Shown here piece after piece: positions 25,371 to 37,400 of a stretch of 64,000 bases of DNA; position 1 is the stretch's first letter; each line of letters starts with the position of its first letter. This stretch comes from Hypanus sabinus (Eukaryota). The notes beneath the pieces were generated by a model, which was not told where the DNA came from, searched no databases, and saw only the letters and a list, made by a program, of their open reading frames with translations. Both the position numbers and the translations under genes were made by a program. The stretch covers positions 152,086,001 to 152,150,000 of the forward strand of contig NC_082710.1 in NCBI RefSeq assembly GCF_030144855.1. The letters are read 5' to 3'.

Positions 25371-26044
25371 TATAACGTTCTCCTTCGCGTGTACTAATAA
25401 CGCCGAATTCAACGTCGAGATAAACCAGTCAATGAAACCAGATCGCAGTAAGATTAACCATTTACTGTTCACTCTTCACATTAACATATGGTGAAAACTG
25501 TTGATGAAACAATACAAGATTGATACAGTATTTGTTCCTTCCTTAATATCACATTTCAATTGTAAATACTTGCAAAGGTGACTATAACTACATTACACTA
25601 AGGTGCACTAAGGTACAGGCAGAGTTTACCTGCTCCATTGACTACTTTAAATACACTTCAATGCAAACTATCCGCAACTCTTTAACTAACGAAAGCATAA
25701 ACATTATCGACCGTCGTTACTTTTAACAGGATCGGCATTAACATCTTAGTTCAATATATCGATTATCTATTAACTTACAACGTTGCTCTCACTGTGATTT
25801 CTCATGCCTGCAAAACAACTTCTGCTCAGGTGTGCCTCGTGGTGAGCCCCCACCCTCGCGTTAATTTCAAACCGGTACTTCCCCACAAGACGCGGCGAAA
25901 CCGGATGTGACGTCATCGCATGCCGATATATTTTACATGCAATGAATATACTTTAAACACTTCTAATTCTAACTAGAAAATACTATCGAATGAATTACTA
26001 AGCGAAAATATTATAAACTAAATAACTGTCGTAAAGACAGCACA
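25371..26044 (-). mobile_element. Solo LTR (674 bp) with 5-bp TSD CCCTT, inserted into an older CR1 3' end
   Basis: CCCTT at 25366-25370 and 26045-26049. Minus-strand termini are TGTG...GTTATA (a decayed TG...CA). The flanks rejoin to a CR1 3' sequence. Minus orientation is inferred from a TATA-like TATTTAAAG (25645-25653) and AGTAAA (25461-25466). Confidence 0.85.
25901..25915. promoter_or_regulatory. Overlapping ETS-CRE motif CCGGATGTGACGTCA in the solo LTR
   Basis: Perfect CRE palindrome TGACGTCA (25908-25915) overlapping the ETS core CCGGATGT. Function is not shown. Confidence 0.5.
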
Positions 26045-29000
26045 CCCTTATTATTCTAATCTCCAGTTAGTAAATCCCCAAAGCCATCAAACGTGCTTCA
26101 TGCTTATCTCTTTCATTCTTGGAATCGTTCTCGGGAACCTCCTCTGGACCCTCCAATGACAGTAAATCCTTTCTTAGATACATCGTCCAAAACTCATCTG
26201 AATACTCCAATATGATCTGACCAATGCTTTTCAAAACCATAGCTTTAGCACCTTCCTTTGATATTCTAGGCTTCTCTAAATAACTGCTGGCATTGCATTT
26301 GCCTTCGACTCAACATGCAATGAATCTGCAGGGAATTCTGCACAAGGGCTCCTCTGCTTCTCTGATTTTTGAAATTTCTCCCCATTTAGAACATAGACTA
26401 TGCCTTAATTCCAAAGTGCATGACCATACAATTCCTTACACTATATTGCATCTTGTCCTCCTTTGTCCATTCTCCTAATCTATCTAAGTCGTCCTGTATC
26501 CCCCCGGGTTCCTCAAGACATGTCTTTCAAGAACTTTGTGTATTGTCTGTAAACCTGGTCGCTAAGCTATTAATTTCATTATCCAAGATATTTGCATATA
26601 ACACAAAATGAAGTGATCCCAGCACTTAACCAGCAGAACACCAAAAGTCATTGACAGACAATCAGAAGATGCTTCTCTTTATTCTCACTCTTCATCTTCT
26701 GCAAGACAGCCTATCTTCTATCTGTTCATGTATGATAACCTACGAAGAACCTAAGGGTTCTTTGACCTTTTGTTTTCTAATGAATTGCAATTCATTGCAC
26801 AACACCCAATCCAGAATAACTGATTCTCTAGTAGGCTCAACCACGAGCTGATCTTAACAAGCCAACTTGTAGGCATACTGTACCAACCTGATTTTCCCAT
26901 TCCACCTAAATATTGAAATTCCCCATGACTATTGAAACAATGTCCTTTTGGCATACATTTTCTACCTCCCATTGTAACTTGTAGACCACATCCTTACTAC
27001 TGTTTGGGAGTCTGTATATAACTCCCATCAGAGTTGGGTTTTATTACTCTTACATTTCCTTAGCTCTATCCACAATGATTCAGCACCTTGCAAGCCTCTA
27101 TCACCTCTTTCTAATGATTTAAGTTCATTTTTTTGCCAACAGAACCACTCCACGTCATCTGCCTTTCTGCCTAGTCTTTCAATATTATATGCATCCTTGG
27201 GCATTAAGCTCCCAGCTATGATCTTCTTTCAGCCATCATTCAGTGATGCCTACAACATGAAGACTGCCAATCTGTAACTGTGTTACATCCATCGACCTAT
27301 TCCGTATACTGCACATTCAGATATAACACCTTCACTCCTGTATTCACCCATTTTGATTTTTCCACCTTTTACATTTCAGTTCATCCTGTTGACTGTATTT
27401 TTACCGTTTGATCAGCCTCTCCTTGTTGGGATTCCAACTACACATTGCCTCTGTGAGTAAACCAGCTACCTCATCTTCGGCGCTATCACCCGTTTTCCCA
27501 TCTCCCTGTAAATCTCCTTTGTCTTCAAATGTTACCGAACATTAGAAATCACTTCTAGTTTTATATATTTCTGTGCACTCTTCTATTTCTGATATGCTGT
27601 GTATTTCTAATTTCCTGCACTCCACCATGCGCTGTCACGGTCGCGACCCTTAATGCCTCTTATACTCCTATGCCCTTTTCACCGTGTTCTCCTGGGCTTC
27701 TTGATTGCAGCACCTGATTGTCATCTAAACCTGCAGCATAAAAATCCCTGGATTTACATCCAGTCGTGACTAGACCGTTGCTTCAGTCAGTGCGGTAATG
27801 CATATGCCCAGCAGCTTAGAATGGTGTATTCAAAGATATACCTGTGAAAGCATCACACACAAAATGCCGGTAGAACGCAGCAGGCCAGGCAGCATCTGTA
27901 GGAAGGAGCACTGTCGACAATTGTCTCAGCCCGAAACGTCAACAGTGCTTCTTCCTGTGGATACTGCCTGACCTGTTGCGTTCAACCTGCATTTCGTGTG
28001 TGTTGCTTGAATTTCCAGCATCTACAGATTTCCTCGTGTTTACCTGTGAAAATCTGTCTCTCCCCGTCAAGATAAGCATTCTAAATTCTACTTCAGTACC
28101 GAGGATTACCTGTGTCAGGAAAAGTATTGTCAACTGCTTGCCTTTCTACGCTCTGTGTCAAGATAAGTTTTGCCTGCCGCCTGTCCCCTTTGTGCATCAG
28201 CCACGCCCTGTGTCACGAAGAGTACTGTTTGCCTTCCCATTTAATGCTCCGTGTTAAAGTAAGAGTTTACTTTAAGACGGAGATTAGATAGCCTGCCGCC
28301 TATCTCCTGTTTGATGCTCAGCTCCTGGAACACCTTGTGTCAACAAAAAGTTTGCTTGCTGCCTGTTCTTCTAAATTCCAGTGCATACATGACCAAACCT
28401 TCCCAACACTCATATGTTAATCCCTTAATACCACAATCATCATTATGAGCTTCCTCTGGACTCTCTCCAATAACAACACATACTTTTAGATATGTGGCCC
28501 AAAACTATTGATAATACTCCAAGTGTGGCCTGACTAGTATCTTATATAGACTCAGCATTATCTCTTTGATTTTATATTCTATTTACCTTGAAATAAATGC
28601 CAACATTGCACTTGCCTTCTTTACCACAGACTCAAACTGTAAATTAATCTTCTGGGAGTCTTGCATGAGATCTCCCAAGTCCCTCTGCACCTCTGGTGTT
28701 TGAAGCTTCTCACTATTTAGATAATCATCCACACTATTGTTCCTTTTACCAAAGTGCATTATTATACATTTCGGAACAGTATATTCCAACTACCACTTTT
28801 TTGTCAGTTCTTCCAATTTGTCCGAGTCCTGCCGCAATCACATTGCTTCCTCAGCACTAGCTACCTCTCTGCCTATCTTCGTATTAGCCACAAACTTTAC
28901 CATAAACCCATCAGTTCCATTATCCAAATCATTGACTAGCAATGTGAAAAACTGCAGTCCTAATACTGAACCCTGAGGAACACCACTGGTTACTACCAGC

Positions 29001-30400
29001 CAACTAGTAAAGGCCCCTTTTATTCCTACTTGCTGCCTCCTGCCTGTCAGACATTTCCCTATCCATGCCAATATCTTTCCTGTAACACCACAGTATTTTA
29101 TCTCATTAATTGCCCCCCCCCATAACTATCTCTCCAGTGTCATGTTATAACAGTCCAATATATACTCCTTCCTCTCCTTTTATATAATCTGACAAAACTT
29201 CTGGTATCATTTTTATATTACTGGCTAGCTTACCTTCACCTTTCATGTTTTCCTTCTTTATGACTTGATAGCTACCTTTTGTTTTTTTTTAAGAATTCCC
29301 TTCCTCAAACTTACCTCTAATTTTTGCTTTTTTATATCACTCCCTTGTCTTTGTTGTCTGACTTCCCTTGTCAGACTTGGTTGTGTCATCCTGCCTTTAG
29401 AATAGTTTTTCTTTGCGATGTATCTATCCTGTGCCTTCCAAATTGCTCCCCAATGCTCTGTCATCATCTCTACTAATGTCACATTCCAATCACATTTGGC
29501 GAACTCCTCTCTCGTGCATTTGTAAATCCCTTTACACCACTGTTATACTGATACATTTGACTGTAGTTTCTCCTGAAGAGCCAGGGTGAATTCTGTCATA
29601 TGATGATCAGTGTTTCCTAAGGGTGCCCTTACTTTGAGCTCCCTAATCATATGAAGTTTGTTTCACAACACCTAATCCAGAATTGCCTATCCCCTAGTGG
29701 GCTCAGCTGCAACCTCTCCAAAAAACCAGCCTGGAGGCATTTCACTTATTCTCCTTTGGGATCCTCTATCAACTTCATGTGCCCAATCTATCAACATATT
29801 GAAATCTCCCATGGCTAACTTAACATTGGCTTTATGATATGCTTTTTCAATTGCCCGCTGTAAGCTACATCCTGGCTGTTATTCGGAGGCCTGCAAATGA
29901 CTCCCAGAAGGATTGTAATACTCTTGCAGTTTTCTTTAACTCTAACCTGAAGGAGTCTACATCTTCCAATCCTACTTCACCCCTTTCTAAAGATATGACT
30001 TCATTTTTTACCAGAGCGGCTACTCCTCCTGCTATTACCTGCATGCCCTTTTGCTGGATTGTGTATCCTTGGATATTAAGTCCCCAATTGCAGTTATGTT
30101 TCAGCCATGAGTCCATGATACTCACAATATTATACTTGCCAATCTCTAAATGTGATCAAGATTATCAATCTTATTCTGTATACAGTGTGCATTCAAATAT
30201 AATGCTTTCACTCCTGTATTTATCACCCTTTTCAGTTCTGACCCCCTTTACACTGCAACCCATCCCACTGCAGCTTTGCCCAATCATCTGCCTGTCCTTC
30301 CTGGGTCTACCTATACACTACCTCTGCTTTTAAATCAATGGCTCTATCCACAACCCTATTACCCCATCCCCATGCCAAATTAGATTAAAGCCTACCAGCA
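26045..30400 (-). mobile_element. Cluster of degenerate CR1 fragments (3' ends, RT and endonuclease pieces) with a Penelope-derived short repeat at about 27855-28030
   Basis: [32 protein letters not shown] and KCIIMHFG motifs in several frames. Confidence 0.75.
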
Positions 30401-31095
30401 GCTTCAGACAATCTTCCAGTAAGGATGTTGATCACCCTTGGATTCAAGTGTAGCCCACAGCACTGGCAACAACTCAAAGGTTGTTTTAATTCACTGTGTA
30501 TCATTATTACATAGAATAATCAGTTTTCTGGTGAAAAAGGCAAGTGTTAATGTGACACTAGAAAATGAACCAGGTTAGTTTCAAGGGAATGTGGTAACTG
30601 GGATCATAGGACCAAAAGAAATAGGAGAGAACTTATGGCTCATTGGGTCTGCTGTACTGTTCCCTCATGGCTCATTTATTTTCCCTCTCACCCCATTCTC
30701 CTGCCTTCTCCCTGTATTCCTTGACACCCTTAGTAATCAAGAACCTATCAACCTTTATGTTAATTATATTCAATCACTTGGTATCCATAACCATCTGTGG
30801 CAATTAATTCATCAGATGCACATCTGTTCTAAAGGTATGTCCCTGCGTTAGGAGCTGTACCCTGTGGTCCTAGATTCCTCCACTGTAAGCAACATTCTCT
30901 CTAGGTCCACACTATGTAGGTCTTTCAAAAATGATAATAAACACTAAGTAATACTGGATGAACAAACAAGAACAAATTACTTAATAGATTCAGCCATTGC
31001 AAACAATAAAGTACAGAAATCACAAAGTGAAAAACACCAGGAATGTGCTGAATTAAAAGAGGAAATTGAAGACTATGGAACATGACAGAACATGT

Positions 31096-31291
31096 TCATG
31101 CACCATCAATAACTCTCGGAGACGGGAGGCAAAAGATAGGATTTTATTAGCTGCAAACATGACCACGACATCTTGGAGACGGAGGTGGGAGCAGTGCCTT
31201 CAATCGCCTTTATACTGAGGATACTGGGAGGAGCCACAGGAGCAGTCAGCAGGGGGGCGTGTCCAGACAGGTATACACATAGTTTACCACA
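31096..31291 (-). mobile_element. Short solo LTR (about 196 bp)
   Basis: The minus strand starts TGTGGTAAAC, contains GTATAAAG (TATA) and AATAAA, and ends GGTGCATGA (decayed CA). The TSD is not clean (CATGT versus ATTGT). Confidence 0.65.
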
Positions 31292-32234
31292 ATTGTCCCA
31301 GCAGTAATATCTACAATTGAATCATACAAAAGTCATTTTACAATAACATTAAACAATTAGGTGTACACAGCAATATTTATGCTGTGAACCAAGAGAGCCA
31401 CCATACTAAATACCACTAGAATAGTCCAAAAGTTCCTAGCAATTGAGAAATAAGTGTGCTTGGCTACGCCTGTACTTCAGGTTTTTACCAGCTTGAGCTG
31501 AGTTAAAATAAAATTATATTAATGATAACTTATTTACAGAGCAATTTTCATATGGCCAATGTAGTTCAAAGTGCTGTGCATGAAAATAAAATAAAAAATT
31601 AAATTAAAATAATAGACAAAAAGGTGTTAGTTAAAGTTTAGCTGAATAAATAGGTTTTGAGCTGGTGTTTAGAAGTATCCCTCATAGATTTAGGGATTGA
31701 ATTCCATATTTTGAGAGTGCAGTTCAAAAAAAATGTTGATCTGTATTTCATCTTCAGATCAGCTGGTACCAAGCTGAAGTTATTTACTTCCCATCATGGA
31801 GGCTGGTTAATTAAGTTCAAAATCTAACAGCATAGCTGGAAGATTTTTATTCCAGACTTGTTCTCTTGCAACACACACAAGATGCTGCAGGAACTCAGCA
31901 GGCCAGGCAACATATATAGGAAAAAGTACAGTCAGCATTTCAGACCAAGATCCTTCACAGAAATGGAGAAAAATGCTGAGGAGTAGATTGAAAGGGTGGG
32001 GAGAGGGGAGAGAGAAGCAGAAGATGATAGGTGAACCTTGTACCCTCCCTCTTCTCCAGACCTGTATCTCTTCCACCAATCAACTTACCAACTCTTTATT
32101 CATCCCTCCCTCTTCAAGTTTCACATCTCACCTGTTTTTTTATCCTCTCTCCTCCCCCACCTTTTTAACCTGCTCTGTGTTTTCTTTTTCTCTCCAGTCC
32201 TGCCAAAAGGGGTCTCAGATCAGAACATTGAGTA

Positions 32235-32260
32235 GTGTGTGTGTGTGTGTGTGTGTGTGT
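32235..32260. repeat. (GT)13 microsatellite
   Basis: Seen directly. Confidence 0.95.
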
Positions 32261-33024
32261 CATTCCATCATAACTAGTCATTTCTGAATATCACTTTAGC
32301 CCAGATTTTCTTGTTACATTTGTGTAATGTGGCCAGTTGTATATCTCTCACAGCCTTACCATTCATAGCTCTCCACAATCAGCATAATCCAATCCAAATG
32401 GATACTTGATTGCACATGTTGCTTTGTCTCACCCTGGCAGAGAGATTGATTTCCATTTTTACATCTCATCCCACCACTACTTACTCTGCAAATTAGAACT
32501 AGCTTGTTTTCTATCAATCTCAATTCTGAGGAAACGTTAACATTTTCCCCCACAGATGCTGCCCAATCTGCTCAGCATTTCAATTATTTTCCTTTTTTGA
32601 TATTAGATTTTACAGCATCTTTAGATTTTTGTCGTTTTCCAATTTTCTTCAATGACCTTTAATCTAATCCCACCCAGTCCATAATCAATCTCCCACTGAA
32701 ATTTGTGACTTTGCATTTACTTCATCAAAAGTCACCATGAAGTAGTCAAAAATATATCACCAAAAATTGGAAATATGATCCAGTTAGTTAAAATGTGTTG
32801 GGTAGTGTAATAAAGGAATTCTCTATCAAAAAAGTGTTTACTGAACATAAAGAAAATGGAAGTAGGTGCACATCCTTCAATGTAATTATGGCTTATCTCT
32901 GCCAATCTTGTATCTTCTTTGCTACTTCTCCAGAGGTTACTCAATTTATCAAACATTTAACCACCTCCACTTTAAATACTTCTAATAACTGAGTTTCAAT
33001 ACTCACCAAGATAAAGAATTCCAG

Positions 33025-34280
33025 AGAATCAGAATCAGGTTCATTATTACCGGCAAGTGATGTGAAATTTGTTAACTCAGCTGTGTCAGTTCAGTGCAAT
33101 ACATAATATAGAAGAGGAAAAACCTAGTATTAAATCATGGGTAATTAAGAAAAACAATTATGATATATATATATATTAAATAGATTAACAATTGTGCAAA
33201 AACAGAAATTCTATATATTCAAAAAAGTGAGACTGTGTTCATTTAAGAATATGATGGCAGAGGGGAAGGTACTGTTCCTTAATTACTGAGTGTGTGCCTT
33301 CAGGCTTCTGTATCCTACCTGCTGGTAACAGTGAGAAAAGAGCATCCCCTGGGTGCTGGAGGTTCTTAGTAATGGACACCACCTTTCTGAAACACCTCTC
33401 CTTGAAGATGTCCTGGTTATTTTGTAGGCTAGTACCCAAGATGGAACTGACTAGGTAAACAATCCTCTGCAGCTGCTTTTGGTCATGTACAGTAGCCTAT
33501 CCATACCAGATAGTGATGCAGCCTGTCAGAATGCGGTCTATAGTATATCTATAGAAGCTTTTGAGTGTATTTTTTGACATGCCAAACCTCTTGAAACTCC
33601 TAATAAAGTATAGGCACTGTCTTGCCCTCTTTATAAATACATCAATATGTTGGGATCAGCTTACATCTTCAGAGATCTTGACACCCATAAACTTGAAACT
33701 GCTCTCTCTCCACTTCTGATTCTGATATGAGAATTGATATGTGTTCCTTCAACTTGCCTGTCCTGAAGTCCACAATCAGCTCTATTGTCTTACTGACTTT
33801 GAGTGCCAGGTTGTTGCTGCGGCACCATTCCATTAGTTGGCGTATCTCACTCCTGTACACACTCTCATCATCACGTGAGATACTGACAATAATAGTTGTA
33901 TCAGATTTATAGGTGGTACTTGAGTTATGCCTAGCCACACATTCATGTGCATATAGAGTGTTTTGCAGTGGACTAAGCACACAACCCCGACATGCACCAG
34001 TATTCATTGTCAGTGAAGATTAGATGGTATCATCAATCCACACAGATTGTCTTCTGGTTAGGAAATCGAGGATCCAATTGCACAGGGATGTATAGAGGCC
34101 CAGGTTTTGTAACTTCCAAATCTGGATTGTGGAAATGATGGTATTAAATGCTGAACTATATTTCAAGAGCAGTATCCTGACATGGGTGTTTGTGTAGTCC
34201 AGGTGATCTAAAGCTGTTCAAACAGCCATTGAGATTGTGGTGATAGGGAAACTGCAATGGGTCCAAGTCCTTGCTGAGCA
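33025..34280 (-). mobile_element. Rex1/Babar LINE 3' part with tail (copy in duplicated block 2)
   Basis: NTGACRGCVLSPL, ECVARHNSSTTYK and LALKVSKTIELIVDFR motifs; CTGATT-type tail at about 33025-33040. Confidence 0.85.
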
Positions 34281-34408
34281 TTGAAACATATCTTGTGTCC
34301 AAACAGAAAATTAAGTATCAGTTTTAGAGCAACTAAGTTGGTGAATAATTCTCATCACTATTTAAATATTTGATATATCTTTGTAACTGCTTTTATTTTC
34401 TCTTTCAG

Positions 34409-37400
34409 GATCTTATATCCATTCTTCAGCAGAGAAGTGCTTTGTTTGACCGTATTTGGGTCAGTATTAGTTGTCCTTTACATCATTGTCTGTTGCAGGA
34501 CATAGAAAGAGAATGAATAACCTAAAGCAAACCAGAAACTGCTTGAAGAACTCAGCAGACCAAGCTGAAGGAAGCAGGTTCAACAAGTCAGGTCAATGGC
34601 CCTTCATAAAAACTGGAACAGATTAGAAACATATACTTGTCTCTCCATGGATGTTGCCTGTTTTTTTGATGGGTTTCAGCATGTCTTGCATTTTTGTTAC
34701 AGCACAGCACAGAAGGTGGTTTATCACCTGCATTGTCTCTCTATCAGAGCAACCCACCAATTCCACCTACTGGATCTGTAACAATACTTCTGCAAAGTTT
34801 CTTCCCGCATATGTTTATCCAAGTGTCCCTCAAAGGCTGTGATAACAGATGCCTTTATCACATGTGTTCCAATTTCCAGCCACATGCCATCTATAACAGA
34901 AGATGAATAACTTCCTTCTGCCATCGTTAGTTCTTTTCCACTTTATTTTATATCCATGACTTTCCATCTTCAACCCCATCACAAACGTATCTCCTACTTG
35001 GCATTAACTCTGTCCAGACACCTCATAAATTCACATACTTCCATGGAATCTTGGCTCAGCCTTCACTTCAGAAAAATGTGGTGATTTGTCATTTTACATA
35101 ATTCCTCCATTTCTGAAACACAAGACACTGCAGAATCTGGAGCAACAGGCAAACTGCTGGTGGAACTCAGTGTGTCAAGCAGCATCTTTGGGAGAATAGG
35201 TCATTGCTGTTTTGGCTCAAAACCCTGCATCAGGTTATTGATCCTGAACCTTGTTGCTGATGCAGGGTTTCAGCCAAAGTATTGACACTTGCTTTCCTCC
35301 CACAAATGAGGCTCAGCTGCCTGAGTACCTCCAGCTGATTGTTCTATCCTTAGAATTGTCCATAAGCCAATTTATCTGTAAGGCAGAAATATTTGCTTTC
35401 TATATCTTCCCTTATTGTATCTCTATGTAAACTTCCTGAAATCTGTATATTAAGAGGAAATTGTAAAACTGCTCATCCAGTAAAAGTTGATATCTAATAA
35501 CAATTCCTTGCAGTAAAGCATTATGACATCTGTCATGTATTTGCAACATTTCCTATTTTTATCTTTCTCATTTCCAAATCCGCATTTCCAGCTCTGTGCA
35601 AAGTTATTTTGTTGGCCAGTGATGAGCAACATTATTTTATGTCCATTATTCCCATTGAGAACATTTCTTCAAATTGTGCTGCTAAAATTTTGGAGAATTC
35701 TGTGTAGAGTCTGTGGGCATCCTAACAATGTTCTGAGGTGAAGAAAGAGATTTAGTGCTGATTTACTGATGCCCTGACTAACGTTATAAGGCTCAACCAT
35801 TTTCAGCATCTCAGTGATATTCATTATTTCAAATGCAGGTGTTCTAATCTGCATTTCAACAAGCCCCAGAGAGTTCCTGCTGATCTCAGCCAAGGTGCTA
35901 AAAGTGGCCCTTTTCAGTACAGCATGCAGAAGCAGATGCTAAAGATGATTGATTCAGGTAAAAAAAAATATCTTGTAGTATTGATAAGGGATTATGCAAT
36001 TGAGTTAATGGATGGGATTTAGACAATAGACAATAAACACTAGGTGCAGAAGTAGATCATTCGGCCCCTCGAGTCTGCACCGCCATTCTGAGATCATGGC
36101 TGATTATTCACTATCAATACCCAGTCCCTGCCTTGTCCCCATATCCCTCGATTCTCCTATCCATCAGATATCTATCTAGCTCCTTCTTGAAAGCATCCAG
36201 AGAATTGGCCTCCACTGTCTTCCGAGGCAGTGCATTCCACACCTCCAGAACTCTCTGGGAGAAGAAGTTTTTCCTCAACTCTGCTTTAAATAACTGACCT
36301 CTTATTCTCAATCCATGCTGTCTGGTACTGGACTCTCCCAACATCTGGAACATATTTCCTGCCTCAATCCTATCAAATCCTTTAATTATCTTAAACATTT
36401 CAATCAGATCCCCTCTCAAACTCCTCAATTCCAGTGTGTACAAGCCCAATCTCTCCAATCTCTCTGCGTAGCCCAATCTCTCCAATCTCTCTGTGTAAGC
36501 CCAATCTCTCCAATCTCTCTGCATAGAATAATAGGTGACTTTAATAGGTGATTTGTGGAAGAATTAAATAATAGGCAGAGGTGTGACTGACTAAGCCAAA
36601 GTACCTACACAGGCCCTTTGACTAATGTCTGTGATGCCAATCCAAATTAATCCTATCTGCCTTCACGTGGTCAGCCTCCCCCTATACACTGCCTGCTCAT
36701 ACATCTATCTCAATATTTCTGAAATGTTGCTACTATTACTGCTTCCACCAGCTGCTTATTATCCTTAATGTCCTGCTATTTAACCAACTTCTTAACTTTC
36801 TTCGAATATTCCGCAACCACTTTGAGTTATCCTTGATCCTGGCATGAGAAAGGCAACACTTTCTTGGAACTCCTTCTGCAGTGGCCACAGAATCTTCTAT
36901 CTGCCAGCCTGTCCATTGAGTCTCCTTTCAATTACCTTTGGTCTGCCTTCTTTCCCCACTGAACCTCAGAGCTAGTCTTGGTGTCACAGATCTGGCTCTG
37001 ATGTTGCTTTCTCTTGAACAGTTATTCCTCATCCCCACTGCCCAACAGTATCCAAAATAATATATACTTGTGCTTGAGGGGAGTGGCCACGGGGGAATCT
37101 GGCACTACCTGTCTACCCTTTCTATCTTTCCTGATTGGTCAGGGAGTTGTGGGTGAAGAATGAAATACCAGTGGAAGCATTGGATGTGGGTTGAATTGCA
37201 ATATTTAGGATAAGTTTGGAGAAGTGTAGGGATGGCGGGAGGGAATAGAGGGCTCTGATTCAGGTGCATAGATGGGACTAAGCAGAATAACAGCTCAGCA
37301 TGAATTTGGTAGCCTGAAAGGTCTGTTTCTGTGCTGTAGTGTTGTCTGATCTAATTACCTGATGCCAACACCTTAAACATAAAACTCAGAATCGTACAGC

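Noticed and set aside
30950-31085. Plus-strand charged ORF (…QECAELKEEIEDY) as a possible TRIM coiled-coil exon
   Set aside because: No convincing splice pair, wrong length for the conserved 96- or 231-bp TRIM exons, and no motif match.
32360-32525. Apparent minus-strand exon with AG/GT sites (ELRLIENKLVLICRV...) resembling an Ig C1 domain
   Set aside because: The acceptor and 5' half (gttaacgtttc...gaaaacaagctagttctaatttgcagag) match the Penelope-derived short-repeat family, the phases are inconsistent, and there is no FYP or second Cys motif.
32830-33010. Minus-strand peptide with NYIEGC, reminiscent of MHC alpha-2, next to a GTGAGT donor
   Set aside because: The sequence is a decayed CR1 3' end (LWNSL...VFKVEV...GE).
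36443-36524. Short direct repeats as a possible CRISPR-like array
   Set aside because: The units are contiguous with no spacers, they lie in CR1 coding sequence, and the context is eukaryotic.
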